The position numbers and the translations under genes were made by a program. Shown piece after piece: positions 39,136 through 51,859 of a stretch of DNA of 64,000 nt (positions within the stretch are counted from its first letter, which is position 1; every line of letters begins with the position of its first letter). A model generated the notes under the pieces. It saw only the letters and a program-made list of their open reading frames with translations. It did no database searches and was not told where the DNA came from. The stretch spans positions 96,970,001 through 97,034,000 of the forward strand of contig NC_045697.1 in assembly GCF_009834535.1 (NCBI RefSeq), read 5' to 3'. The DNA is from Camelus ferus (lineage: Eukaryota).

Positions 39136-41311
39136 CCAAAATGTAATACTTGAGTATTTATTCAACAAGATGATAGAATGCTACCCTTTGAACCAATACT
39201 TGGAATGTGTTAGTGACACAGGTTCTCTTAAGACATGACTTTACCTAGCCATTCAATAATATGGATTAGTATTCAGTTTTGCATAACCCACATTATTCAA
39301 TAATAGGATCATCAAGTTCTTAGACTCCATGTTAACTAAAATGTGTATATATTTAGAACTAAGAATTTAAGCCACCATTCCAATAATCTGTAAACCATAT
39401 ATAAATTAAAATTAATATTTTAATAAAATCTATATTTTATCATGGTTGGTTTTTCCAAACAAGAAATTATATATTAACTCCAAGCATCTATTACTCCCAA
39501 TAAGTTTTTTCAAAGATTACATGCAGTTTCTATCAAGTCATTTTATCTTGTAATGCTACTGTAAGTGGATTACTTCACAGAGTATATTCTAAATGTGTAT
39601 CAAAGATATAAAACAGAGGATGTACACCTGCAATCTGCAGGAAACATTGCAATAAGTCATGATTATTTTACACATTAAAATCTCTTTGAAAAAAGGCATG
39701 CAAAATAGCATAACACTGTCCATGAAAGTCAAACATTCAAGAGATGAAATCTCTAGAGAGGAAAGAGTGAGGTAATATTGATGGCATATAGACAGTTTAA
39801 TGATTATAGAGCTAACAAGAGCCTGAGAAAACAGGCTGCCCCCCTAGCAGATGCTTATGTTAAGTTACGTAGAAACCAATAGATATTTTATAATCCACTG
39901 GGGGTTGAAGTGATAGAATTAGAGAATAGAGCAGTCTCAAAACATATATGTTCATTCTCAAAATTTGTACAAAATTTTGAATCTGCATGGAGAATAAAGA
40001 TAAAGAGCTTTGCTGAAAACACCATAAAGAGCTAAAATGTATGCCGACAGTCTTTCACGGCTAAGGAAAGAAAGGCTTGATACAATTTAAATTGAAATTC
40101 TTAGAGGGCTACATCCTAGCAACAAGAATGAACCAGAGGTAGACTGTATTACTAACTGGTAATTCAACTCAGGCCCAGCTTCATCCCAGGCAAGACTAGG
40201 ATGATTAGCTTCATCTCTCTAATAAAGGAAATAAGTAATGCTCTGTGAGGAAGGCCAACATCATATTTTACAGCTAATGTATACAAAATGTCCAATGTAT
40301 AACTAAAAATTATTAGACATATTAAGAGCCAGTAAACGTGGCCAATATTTAACATAATATTCAAGACAAAACCATGCCATAGAAGTAGAACCTGAGATGA
40401 TTTAGAAATTAGTTACTCAAGAATGGACTTTAAAATGACTATGATTTATGTTTAAAATAATAGAAAAAAAAGGGCAGACAAAATAGATAAAAATAAGGAG
40501 AATATAATCAAAGATTTGGATACCAAAATAAACATTATAAAACTAAAAATAACAATATTTGAAATTAAGAACTTAATAGATGGGTTATTGACATATTAGA
40601 TGCAGTAGTAACAAATAAAAGTGAAATGAACAATAGGTCAGTAAAAATGTCTAAATTAGAGTACAGATAAAAGAATAGAAAATAAAGCATAAGAGTCATA
40701 TAAAACACTCTAAAAAAAAGTAAGCACAAGGAAGGAAATAAAAATGAGTGTATATCAATAAAAAGAAAACAAATGCACAATAAAGAATATCTTAAAAAAT
40801 TAGAATCTAATCACTTAAAAAAATAATAAATCATAATGAACTTCTAGAAAGGCTAGGTAGAGAGAGTGAGAGCATAAATTACTATTATCAGGAGTAAATA
40901 TGAAAACATCAATAAAAATCATTAAGGCACCAAAAAAGGTGCTATTATGAAAATTCGTAAATAAATAATTTCATAAAATAAAAAAGGGCAAAAACCTAAA
41001 ATAAGGTACAACTTTCAAGCCTGGCAAAGAAGATACAGAAAATCTAAATATTTACTAAAGATATTGACTATCTAATTAGAAATTATTGTCACAAAGAAAA
41101 CACAACCCCAGATATCTCCATCAATTAATTTTTCCAATCATTTACAGGGAAAAAAACCCTAATTTTCCATAGATTACAAAAAGAAGAAACTGTTCTTTGG
41201 TACTGAAGCCTGAAAAACCTTAATACCATTTCCTAAAAAGGTTATAAGACAGGAAAATTACATACCAGTCTACCCTATGAATAAATACACAAAAAATTAT
41301 AAGATAAGAGA

Positions 41312-41636
41312 CAAAACACAGCTTAACACATTTAGAAGAATAGAAATTATATATTGCCTGCTCTCAGACCACAACTGGATTGAAGTAGAAATAAATAACA
41401 AAGAGAAAGCTGGAAAATCCCAAAACACTTGGAAATTAAATCACATACTTCCAAATAACACATGGGCCAAAGAAGAAATTTCAAGAAAAATTTTTAAATA
41501 TCTTGATCTAAATGAAAAAAAAAATACAATTTAACAAAATGTGTGTGAATGCAGCAATAGCAGTGCTTAGAGGGAAATGTATAACCTTTAACGTATATAG
41601 TAAAAAAGAAGAAAGATCTAAAATCAGTAATCTAAG

Positions 41637-41640
<4 letters not shown>
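41312..41640 (+). mobile_element. Better-preserved L1 ORF2 fragment (end of endonuclease domain) embedded out of order in the older L1
   Basis: ORF 41277-41534 encodes IEII..LLSDHN.I..EINNK...NTWKLN..LPNNTW; ORF 41512 encodes AAIAVLRGKCI. Confidence 0.85.

Positions 41641-41670
<30 letters not shown>
41641..41670. repeat. (CA)15 microsatellite
   Basis: Perfect dinucleotide run. Confidence 0.98.
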
Positions 41671-41671
<1 letters not shown>

Positions 41672-43199
41672 CACACTCACTCAAAACCCCTAAACAGACC
41701 ATAAGAGAATGTAAGCAAATAAAACCAAAGGATACATATAAAGTAAACATATCACAATCAAATCAGGGTTATTCCAGAAAAGCAAGGGTAGTTTATCATT
41801 CCAGTCAATATATTTTACCACATTCACTGAGAAAAGTGGAAAAATCCTGATTTTCTTCATAGCCCTAATTCATTTTTTGACAAAATTCAACTCCTATTTA
41901 TTACTTCTAAAAATTTATTTAGCAAAACAAAAATAGAAGAAATAACCAAAATTTATTCTGTTAAATACTTTATACTAATAAATGGCAAACATATACAATA
42001 ATGAAATATCAAGTATTTCTCTTTAAGTTGGCAATAAAACAAAAATGCCCACATTTGTCAACATTGTAGTAGAGATCCTTATTATTGTATTCAAGTAAGA
42101 AATAGAAATATTTACATTCCCTCTACCGATGATATTTTTAGTTGTTCTATCTTCACCAACACTGACACCACTTGCAAGGGGTATGGGGATATGGTGATGT
42201 CATCAGATGGAATTGTGGTTTTGTCAAGAAGTTGATGGAAATGCTCAAAACAAAGGTGATGGATACAACAATTTGCTTGTTAAAGACAGTCAGTTAAGGG
42301 TAGCACAGTGGAAAGACCTGTGTGGTAGATCTGACTAAAGGACAAGAAACTGTAGAGCATTTGAGGCATGAAGTCCATTAGAGGATGTCTTTGCTCTGCA
42401 CACTGAGTGATAACAACATGGAATTAAGGCATGATAGGCTAGTTGCAAAAGTCCCTCTGAGAAGTATCAGCACTGGGACAAGAATCACAGGACTTACTTC
42501 ACTAGTTTTCAAGTGGGTTTCCAAACTGCAAGAGGGAGCATTATAATGAGGAATTCAGAGTCCATGGAAGCAAAAGAGGAAAACAGTAGCTGTTTTGCTA
42601 ATCTGTACCTAATCAATAGAGTGTCAGCCACAAGAATATTGGTCCATCCCTAAGGAATTTTTCCATTAAATTGGAGAATATAAGAATGAGAACATTGTTC
42701 CAAGTCCCTTCCCTTTTTTAAATGAATATTTTTTAAAAAATTATGCAAAGCCCAAGCTAATTCATTCTAAGACAGCAGCTCTTCCTTAAAGCACTCTTTA
42801 AAAGAATTTCCCAATTTTATCAAAGCCATTTACTTATGTAGGAATTCAACAAAAGAGTCTAATTGTGGTTTTCAGATGAAGATACATCATGGTGAAAAAG
42901 TATCATTACATAAAAGTAAGTGAAGGAAGAAAGCTATATTTATGATACTGAATGACCAAGAAGAAAAATTGTTATGGTAATTCTTCCATTATATGTGGAT
43001 AGAAAAGAACTGTGCAGCACACCAGTTACTGAGTAGTTTTGTATGGCATTGAAAAATCACAGTCTTTCACTTCAGTTACATTACTTTCAATTTGACATGT
43101 ATTTGTCTCTAATAGCCTCTTGAACACTAAAATTGCAATAAATTCCACTAACTCGACTGGTCAGAATAAAAATTTCATATTAGGTGAAATTCATCTTCG

Positions 43200-43800
43200 T
43201 AGCTCTGTCACTTACCACATTTGCTCCTCTCATTTCCCTAAGAGAAGACTAAATGCTCTGATTTCAGAACCTTTGTGACTTTCAGTCTTCCTACTCCTTA
43301 CTCCCTGCTTTCACTTGACTACTTTCAATCTTCCACTGTACACTCTAAAATTCTCACTTGAATCATCTCCTATCATGCCATTAAGAAAACTCTTTCTACT
43401 TTTAATTATCTTGAAAGGATTGTGAATCATTGCTAATCAGTAAGCACTGATATTTTGCTGTAGCTGAGAAAAAAAAACCCTCTCTGTGGACTTGCTTCCA
43501 TTACTTACACCTTCTTTATCCTATATCTAATGTCATCTTCCTTTGACATTTGTTCCCTTCATTCTGTAAAATTTGGCCATTATTTCTCCCTAAAATTTTT
43601 TTTAAATATTCTTATCTCTCTAATTACTGATATCTACTTTTTTTTTTTTCTGTTCTCTCTCTTCTCATCAAGTTGTTGGTATATAGTCTCCTACCATTTA
43701 TAATTCAAGCAGATTTTGGCTGAATCACTTGCCAGAATCTGCTCTCAGGCCAACAGTCATTGCAACACTTTCAAGACTACTAAATACTTTCCTATCTTTA
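43200..43800 (+). mobile_element. Probable L2 remnant
   Basis: Pyrimidine-rich with L2-like CTCTTCTCATC...TCTCCTACCATTTATA segments; heavily decayed. Confidence 0.35.
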
Positions 43801-44041
43801 ATTTATTTAAATTGTCTATATCCTTGTGATAGTTTTTTTTTAAGAAAAATCCAATAGTGCATAAAAATACAGAGATCTGTTGCCTAGTGTAAAATGGCTA
43901 GCCTCGAAAATATTTCTTCCCATCTCAGAATAGAACTTACTTGGCAAATTAATTCTTCCATGATATTATGCAAATCTGCAGGTTCAGAAACTTTATTGAT
44001 TAGAAAATATAATTTATTATATTTAGGGATCAATCTGAGAA

Positions 44042-44285
44042 TGGCAGTATAGTATATTGTTTAAAGCACAGATTCTGGGCCAGGTTTCCTTTGTTGAATC
44101 CTAGTTCTACCACTTTCTAGCAATGAGACCTTAAATAAATTCCTTAACTTGCCTGTCCTTCAGTTTTCCACTCTGTAATATAAGAAAATTAGTAGAGATG
44201 CTATAGGGATTACACAATATAAATAAAATAAAATGCAAAGAACAGTGCCTTCTCATTACAAATACTTTGTAGGTACTATTATTTA
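44042..44285 (+). mobile_element. Near full-length MIR SINE
   Basis: GGCAGTATAG...TTAAAGCACAGATTCTGG...GAATCCTAGTTCTACCACTTTCTAGCAATGAGACCTT...CTTAAC...CAGTTTTCCACTCTGTAA...AGAACAGTGCCT. Confidence 0.85.
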
Positions 44286-44733
44286 ATTAACTATAAGTCA
44301 TTAGGATTTTTAAACCAAAAGCCTAATAAGAGAGTGATATGTGGCAGTTTGATATAACCCTATACCCTGACATAATCTTTTGATATTGAACCAAAACTAG
44401 AAATAACAAGAGAAGCAGTTTGGACAAATCATCATTTACTGTTAGTCAACATAAGGGATGTCTGAACTGAAATCCAGGACATGGTGAAAAAAATTGCTTT
44501 TACAGTAATCAGAAATTATCATTAGTGGATGGGAAATAGGCTGAAAGATTTATACTATTTGTAATAGCAAGGGCAGTTTCTTTTCAGATGCTGTATGAGA
44601 CAGCCAGTCCCAATTCAGAAAGGAATCACTTGATTATTGCTTCCTTTAATCCTTTGTCCATAAGTTCACTCATTTATATTCCCTTAAGGAAGCAGTAGAC
44701 ATTGAAACCAAGGTGCATTTCTACCTTCAGTAC

Positions 44734-45068
44734 AGAAGAAAGAAAGGAAGAAAGGAAGGAAAGAAAGAAGGAAGGACAGAAGGAAGGACAGGAAGGAAGG
44801 CAGGAAGGAAGGCAGGAAGGAAAGGCAGGAAGGAAAGCAGGAAGGAAGGAAGGAAGGAAGGTAGGAAGCAAGAAAGCAAGAAAGCAAGAAAGCAAGCAAG
44901 CAAGCAAGAAAGCAAGAAAGCAAGCAAGAAAGCAAGCAAGCAAGAAAGCAAGCAAGCAAGAAAGAGAAAGCATGCAAGCAAGCAAGCAAGCAAAAAGGAA
45001 GAAAGGAAGAAAGAAAGAAAGGAAGAAAGAAAGGAAGAAAGAAAGGAAGGAAGGAAGGAAGGAAGGAA

Positions 45069-45121
<53 letters not shown>

Positions 45122-45163
45122 GAAGAAGGAAGGAAGGAAGGAAGGAAGGAAGGAAGGAAGGAA

Positions 45164-45221
<58 letters not shown>

Positions 45222-45293
45222 AGAAAGAAGGGAGAAAGAAAGAAAGAAAGGGAGAAAGAAAGGGAGAAAGAAAGGGAGAAAGAAAGAAAGGAG
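44734..45293. repeat. Compound purine-rich tetranucleotide microsatellite (GGAA, GCAA, GAAA and variants)
   Basis: 560 nt with only two T on the plus strand; 44992-45293 is pure purine; includes (GGAA)7 (GAAA)12 then (GGAA)10 (GAAA)13. Confidence 0.98.
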
Positions 45294-46439
45294 CACAGGC
45301 TGGAGAAGCGGTACTGGCATTATATGGCATTCTATGGACTCCCAAGTCAGCAAAATTTATGACACAGTGAGGATCTGAGCATATTGGACTTATATTATTT
45401 TTCTTATGAGATTTGAGAGAATGTTGAGTTTGAAAATGAATTAATGTCTATGTAAAACAATCTCCAAAGACTTAGGGCCACTAATATGATAAACATGAAG
45501 AAAATATTACATAAATACATTGTTTCCTCCATAAAACAAATTCTTTAGCTCTTCTTCTTTCACCAAACTTAAGTCATGTGATTTATTACACAGGAGAAGG
45601 CAAGGCAATTGCAAAGACCATGAGAAAGAACTAGAAAACGTTGTCAACAAGTTCTCAGTCAACAGAAAGGAAAATAGAAAATTCTTCTGATTTCAGAAGA
45701 GAAGAAGGAGAAAGAGGATAAACACATTATTTTGCTATCATTCTTAATGTTGAATCAAAGGAAGATAAATATTCAGTGAAAAAGCTCCTCTAGGATGCAG
45801 GAGGAATCATAAGTAATACATACTATGTACTGCTGTTTTTCAGCCTTTGACAGATTGTTCCCAAGTAGATTGTTCCCAAGTCAAAAACCAATGGCTTAGC
45901 TGCAGAAAATGAAAAATACAGCAACATAGTTTTAGATAAGGAGAGACCAGAGTTTCTATTGCCCAGCTTTCACATCTCTTTGAAAAGATGCAAACATTCT
46001 TGCATGCTCCCATTGAGAGCCAGAGGTCCTGACATATAGTCCTGCAGATGGCAGTAATTCGAGCAGATTTACAGGCAACTGTAGGAGGAAGCAGCGAAGA
46101 TTCAGAAAAAAACAAGATGATGTCATGTCGTGTCGAGTCACTTGAAGGTAAACCTCAGAATTTTGACAGCACCCAGAGTACAGAACACAAATATAGCAAA
46201 TGTGTGTGGGATGCCCTGTGTCCAGGTGTATGAGGGACATCTACTTAGAGATCAGTGAGAGCCTCAAGTTTAGCAAAAAGATGAACAAATGAACTCACTG
46301 CTCTTCTTCAATCACAATGATGACACAAGATATTATTCAAACACATAAAACATCTTGGGGAATCAATTAATAAAAGAGAAACAGCCCTGAAAAAGAGTTA
46401 AAACTTTAATAAATGTCAGAATAGTATAAATACAGTTTG

Positions 46440-47340
46440 ATTCTAGGCAATCCAGCCTATTAAGGTCCCTGCTTCCCTTGCAGACCAAAGTACTCATATA
46501 GATTTATGTAAAGATTGGTATGAGATTCCTGGGAAGGTCTTAAATGGGAGACAAATAGCCTGTTAACTGCCCTCCTTCCTACTGCCTGGAACATGAGTAT
46601 TTCAGATGGAATTTTAGATGACTTCTTGTGACAATGAAGTTAGAACCTCATGCTAAACATGGCAGAGGAGAAAGAAGATACATAAATTTCTGAAGACAAT
46701 GGAGGTCTCATACCTCCTGTGACTTGCCTTTCCCTAGAACTAGCTTTGAATTGCCTATCTTATGAATAGTGTTATGTGAGAGAAAACAATGTATATAAGC
46801 CAGTGTTATTTGTGCTAGTCTACTTCCTAAGAGATACAGAATTTGGTACCTAAAACTGTGATGCTGCATGAGAGTGGAATTGACTAAATGGAAAGGCTGG
46901 GAGGAAATAATAATGACTCACAAATATCAACTGGAAATTTTGACTGGAAACCTGGTGATCCTTCCAATGCAATGGAAGAATATTTGGTCAAACTTTCACC
47001 TTCCTTTTCTTGAACAGCAGACTGAGTCATCAGACTCTAGCACTAGGAGCAACATTAAAAAAAAAAAAAAAGGATTACTGGTGCATATTGGCTCTTTGTT
47101 TTAAATTTAGCAAAATCCTACAAAACTGAGAAGTCAGACATGAGCTTATCACTCTCTAATGTGGGAGAAATCACAACACTTTACATTGGTAAGGGAGACA
47201 GAGTTGACAAAGAGTCTATCACCTTGAAGTATTACAGGACTGAAGAATGAAATATTTTTCTCTAGTTTGAAATGATTAGCAATGGCTGCAAGATAGGAGC
47301 CATAACTGGAGATAGTGTGACATGGCACAAGGTTAGTAAT
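46440..47340 (+). mobile_element. MaLR LTR (MLT1J/K-like, ending ~46838) followed by MLT internal sequence
   Basis: CCTTCCTACTGCCTGGAACATG...CTTGTGACAATGAAG...ATGGCAGAGGAGAAAGA...TTATGTGAGAGAAAA; LTR end GATACA followed by GAATTTGGTACC typical of the MaLR internal start. Confidence 0.65.
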
Positions 47341-47749
47341 CTCATGTGTTCAAATTCTGGATATTTAAAGAATATTTAATTAATCACTAAGAGGCAAATA
47401 GTTCTATTACAACTACTGTATGACTGCTGGGAGAGCAATCAGACACAGTTATCCTTGGAATCTCTAAAATTCCCTGGGCTTTATCTAATAAAGAAATGTA
47501 CACACTGGGCAAGCTACTAAAGAGGCACATAAATATAGCTATTCGATGGAGGATACAGTGTAGAGTAGCATGAAAGTGATTTGAGCTAGGACTCAAACAC
47601 ATCATTTAAGTGCTATATAGGACTGGTCAGTTATAACTTTAATATGTATTTCAAATGTGATGTCTACTATCCTATTTCAAATCACCATAATCTATGGCTG
47701 ACTCTTTGGAAATACTCTCCTATATTGCCTCCTATCGTCATCAATAGTA

Positions 47750-50060
47750 ACATATTATTTATCTTGAAATATTTCAAGCATGAAAAAGAGAAGTGTATGA
47801 ATAATTATGTATTATATAACATATAAATGATCATATATACCATATTATTATATAACAATATAAATAATGGCTAATCATCACTCAGCCTAAGAAACATTTA
47901 TAAGCACAGCTGAAGTCCTAGTTCATATTCATTTCTCTTTTGTCCCCTCTCCCCAGAGCTAGCTACAATTCTGGATTCAATTTTCATTATTCTCATGTTC
48001 ATTATATCTTTCCTACTTATGTGCATGTCTCTAGTGTTGTGCATATTTTTCCATATAAATGGTACCCTACACTATATGTCCTTCTGAAAATTCCTTTGGA
48101 TCAACTTCATACACTTTAGGTTTATCCAGTTTGATAAATGTAATTATAGTTTACCATTTTTACTACTATATTGGTTTTCACTGAATGGCTATACCAAAAG
48201 CATTGGTTTGATTATTTATGTTGTTTCAGGGTTTCATTATTGTTAATGCTGTTTTGCTACAGCAAAATAAATGATGATACAAACAATCTTTTTACACTTT
48301 TTCTCTTGTACACTTGTGGAAGACTCTATGTCATGCACTTTGGGCCATATGATATGGGGGTCAGAGTATGCACACATTTAGTTCTATTAGGTATTGCCAA
48401 ATCACTATCCAAAGTGGCTGTAACAATTTACACTTCCAGGAACAATATATGAGAATTCCTATTTCTCTACATTCTTACCAACACTGTTATTGGAAGTCAT
48501 TATATAATTGTCTACTTTAGGGGCATAGCAGATACGTAATTGTAGATATAAGTTTACATTTCCATAATTTCTGAAGAAGTTGAAATTCTTTTAGTATATT
48601 TATGTATTACACACCCTTCCAAGAAAGTAAGTTTATACATTCTGCCACTTTTATAATTTAGCACTTCTGCATTTTACTTTTGATTTACAGGAGGGTATTG
48701 TGAGGTCTAGAAACTAGTTCTGTGTCAGTTATGTGCATTTCAGATATATTGTTCTAGCCTAAAATTTAGCTTTTACTCTTTTTAATAGAATCTTTTCAGG
48801 TAACTTTTCAAGCAATAAATTTTAATTAATCAAGTTATAGCACTTTTTTATGTTTTCTGTTTTCACATATCTTAGTAAATACTCAGTATCCTTCAGTCAT
48901 AAGGAAAATTCATATTTTCTATTTAAAAATTTGAAGTTTTCTTACACAGAAATAGTTAATATTTAGGAATTTTGTGTATAATGTGAGGAAAAGATTCATT
49001 TTTTTAAATGGAAGACTATTTTTAGCACCTTGTTAACTTGTTCTTCTTTCTCCACTGATCTGTAATTCCACCTCTGTCATACATAAAGTGTTCAAAGATA
49101 CATGGGTCCATATCTGGGCTCATTCTCCTGGGGCACTGATTATTTGTCTTCATCACAGGAAAATTCCAGTGTCTCAATAACAATTGCTTTATGGTATGTC
49201 TTAACTTGTGTTACTGCCTTGACTTCTTCCTCGTCTTTCCTTAAATTTACCTTGTCTGTCACTGAGTCTTTGCTAGTTCATATATATTTTAAAATCAGCT
49301 TGTCAAATTCCACCAAAAAATGAGATTTTGATTAGAATTACATGAATTTCTTCATTAATTTGGAGATAACTGGTATCTATGGGACAATGAACTTTTTTCA
49401 TTCATGAATACAGTGTATCTGTCCAGTTGTTTATATCATCTTTCATGCATTAATAAAGTTTAAAAATCTCCAGAAGAGACTTGGACACTTATCAAATGCA
49501 TTCCTGTGTATACCATACTGTAAATTGTATCCTTTTAAAATGATATTTTCTTATTCTTTTTATTCAGAAATACAAATATAATTAGCTAAAAATAATTTTG
49601 TAGTCAAGAAACCTACTTAAAATCGTATCCACTCAATTAATTTGTCAATATATTATCATTATTCCTTGACTCCAGTCCCTACACTGTTTCCTATCTTTGT
49701 CTTCCTGAATTTGTTACAGCCTCTGATATAATATTGAATTAAAGTGATTAAAAAAGATTTTGCTCTCATTCTCAGCTTTTAAAGAATATGCTCTGACATT
49801 TCACCATTAACTGTTATGTTTGTTCTTCCTTAGCTTTAGGAATCCTGCATCCCTAGTTTGCTAAAAGATTTTAATGATAAATGGATATTGACTTTCAGTA
49901 GACTTTTTCTGCAAAATTAATATATTTTATATAAAAGTAGATTTTCTGATAAGTATAATTTATCCTTATATACCTGAGATGGACCCTGCTTGGCTATGAT
50001 ATACTACATTTAATGTATTTCTGAGTTTATTTTGCTAAATATTGTTTACCTTTGTTCACA
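47750..50060 (-). mobile_element. Ancient L1 (L1ME-like) 3' region and ORF2 remnant
   Basis: GTATTGCCAAATC...CCAAAGTGGCTGTAACAATTTACACTTCC; TTTAAAATCAGCTTGTCAAATTCCAC...GATTTTGATTAGAATTACATGAAT. Confidence 0.8.
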
Positions 50061-51859
50061 TTGGCATTAAACACTATGATGGCCATCTCAGATTTTCTGC
50101 CTTCAAAAAGTGAAAAAATAGGAAAAATTATGAAGCAAATAGTATATAAAATTTTCAAGATGTTTTACATGGCTCACAGTTAAACTTCATAACAGCTTTA
50201 TAATATAGGTAGTCTTTTTATAATTTTTTAAGCTAAGAGGCTGAAGTTTAAGAAGGTAGAATAACTTTCTCAAAGACTAAACTGTTTGATTGCAGAGATA
50301 TCTGAAAAACCCAGTTATGTTATCTGTTATCATCTTCATTTGCTTTAGGCTTTTTTTAAGTAGTAGATTATCCTAAAAGCCTTCATGGATACCTAAACAT
50401 TCTTTTGATCCTTTCTCCCTCTTCCCTGTTTTCTTTATTCCCAGTCTCTGTGACTTTCCTATTCCCTTCCTTTTACTTTGTCTATAACACAAGGTCAGTA
50501 ACTGTCTTTTATCTGTTTTTTGAAACTGGATGTGATGCCTTGCATGCTGCTTCTTAAATATACCATGATATTGTCATAGTGAATTGAACTATTCTTCCTT
50601 GAAGCCTGAGTTAATATTTTGGAGAAGTTGTCGTTTTTTCTTCTACTGTATGAGAGAGAAAATTCCCTTGAGTAGTGAAGGAAAAAATTAGTTTAGAACA
50701 GAAACAAAGTAATTAACATCGGATATAAAACAAGCAATAAAGACAGTCAAAATATAACAAACATAATGAAATTAAAATGGCATTAAGGAGAATATCAAAG
50801 TTGTAAGACTCAAAAATGGTAAACTAAAATTGCAATTTATTAAATTGTATATAATCAACATTCTAAAAATAATATCTTACAGAGTATTTCTGCAAGCTTT
50901 ATTGGGTACAGTTACCAGAACATGAGGTAATTCAAGATCCCAAGAAAAAGGAATGAGGAAAGTAAAGGGAAAATGCAGTAATTTTTCAGCCTAGGGAAAT
51001 GATTACAAAGGCCCAGAGAAAAGAGATAGAGGGAATAGAGACAGAAGCACCAAAGTCGCCTTCATTTTTGTTGACTAATTCCATTTTGTTATATGAAATC
51101 TATTTTTATTCCCATTTCTCTGCAAACAACTGCAACTTTGAAATCACAGTATAAGAAATAAAATATTTCCCTTATCCATCAGTCTTATTATATTTTTTTA
51201 AATCTTAATAAAACAAGTAATACTGTACAATTATAATTCAGATTTTATTTATTGTCTCTTGTATTTGAAGACAAAATATATTCAGAGAACACATTTGAGG
51301 CACAATTGGATCACAATGCCCATATGTTAGTAATCTCATTTACCTAAAGATACATTCATATATTCAATCAATTATTTGATAGTGTTTTATTTGTATATTC
51401 ATTTTTCCCCTTGGAGAAATATGACATGGGTATAGACAGCAACATGTTCACAGAGCTCTTAAGCCTGTTCTCTAATCATGGAACAAAACTTGGTAAGACT
51501 CCTTTGAGAATAACAAAATACGTAACCACAAGACTAAATATAACTGCAAGAGTCTTACAGAAAATAAAGTTTGGTTGCAATTTTTAGAGAATGTTTCATA
51601 ATCTGGATCTCAAAGAGTTTTATCATATTAGAAAATGTGGGAGTCAGGTGGGACATCTCTCTAAGCAGGAATATAAGTCAAGATGGAAGCTAAAATTAAT
51701 ATTTTAGTGAATGGTAAAAATATAGAATTAAATGGAGTCCAGGAGTGCAATTTGATAGAAGTAAGAAATTGATAATATTGGCCAAAATAATAAGAGATTT
51801 TAAAAAATTAGTACACTAGTTTGCTGATATTTCTGCTGGATTATAAATTCTTAGAAAAT

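Larger units (their letters stand above)
39600..42105 (+). mobile_element. Very old L1 (ORF1-like region followed by decayed ORF2)
   Basis: A-rich; GACTTTAAAATGACTATGATTTATGTT (ORF1-like); GAAAATTACATACCAGTCTACCCTATGAATA (NYRPISLMN-like) at ~41253-41283; CAATCAAATCAGGGTTATTCCAG (DQVGFIP-like) at ~41754-41777. Confidence 0.7.

Noticed and set aside
42110..42260. Minus-strand open frame resembling a pseudogene
   Set aside because: Its distal part is a small inverted L1 ORF2 C-terminal fragment (GTGTTGGTGAAGAT...GGGAATGTAAAT).
44674..45378. Five ORFs of 101-223 aa (K/E/R/G-rich and F/L/S/P-rich)
   Set aside because: They are artefacts of a near T-free purine microsatellite that has almost no stop codons on either strand.
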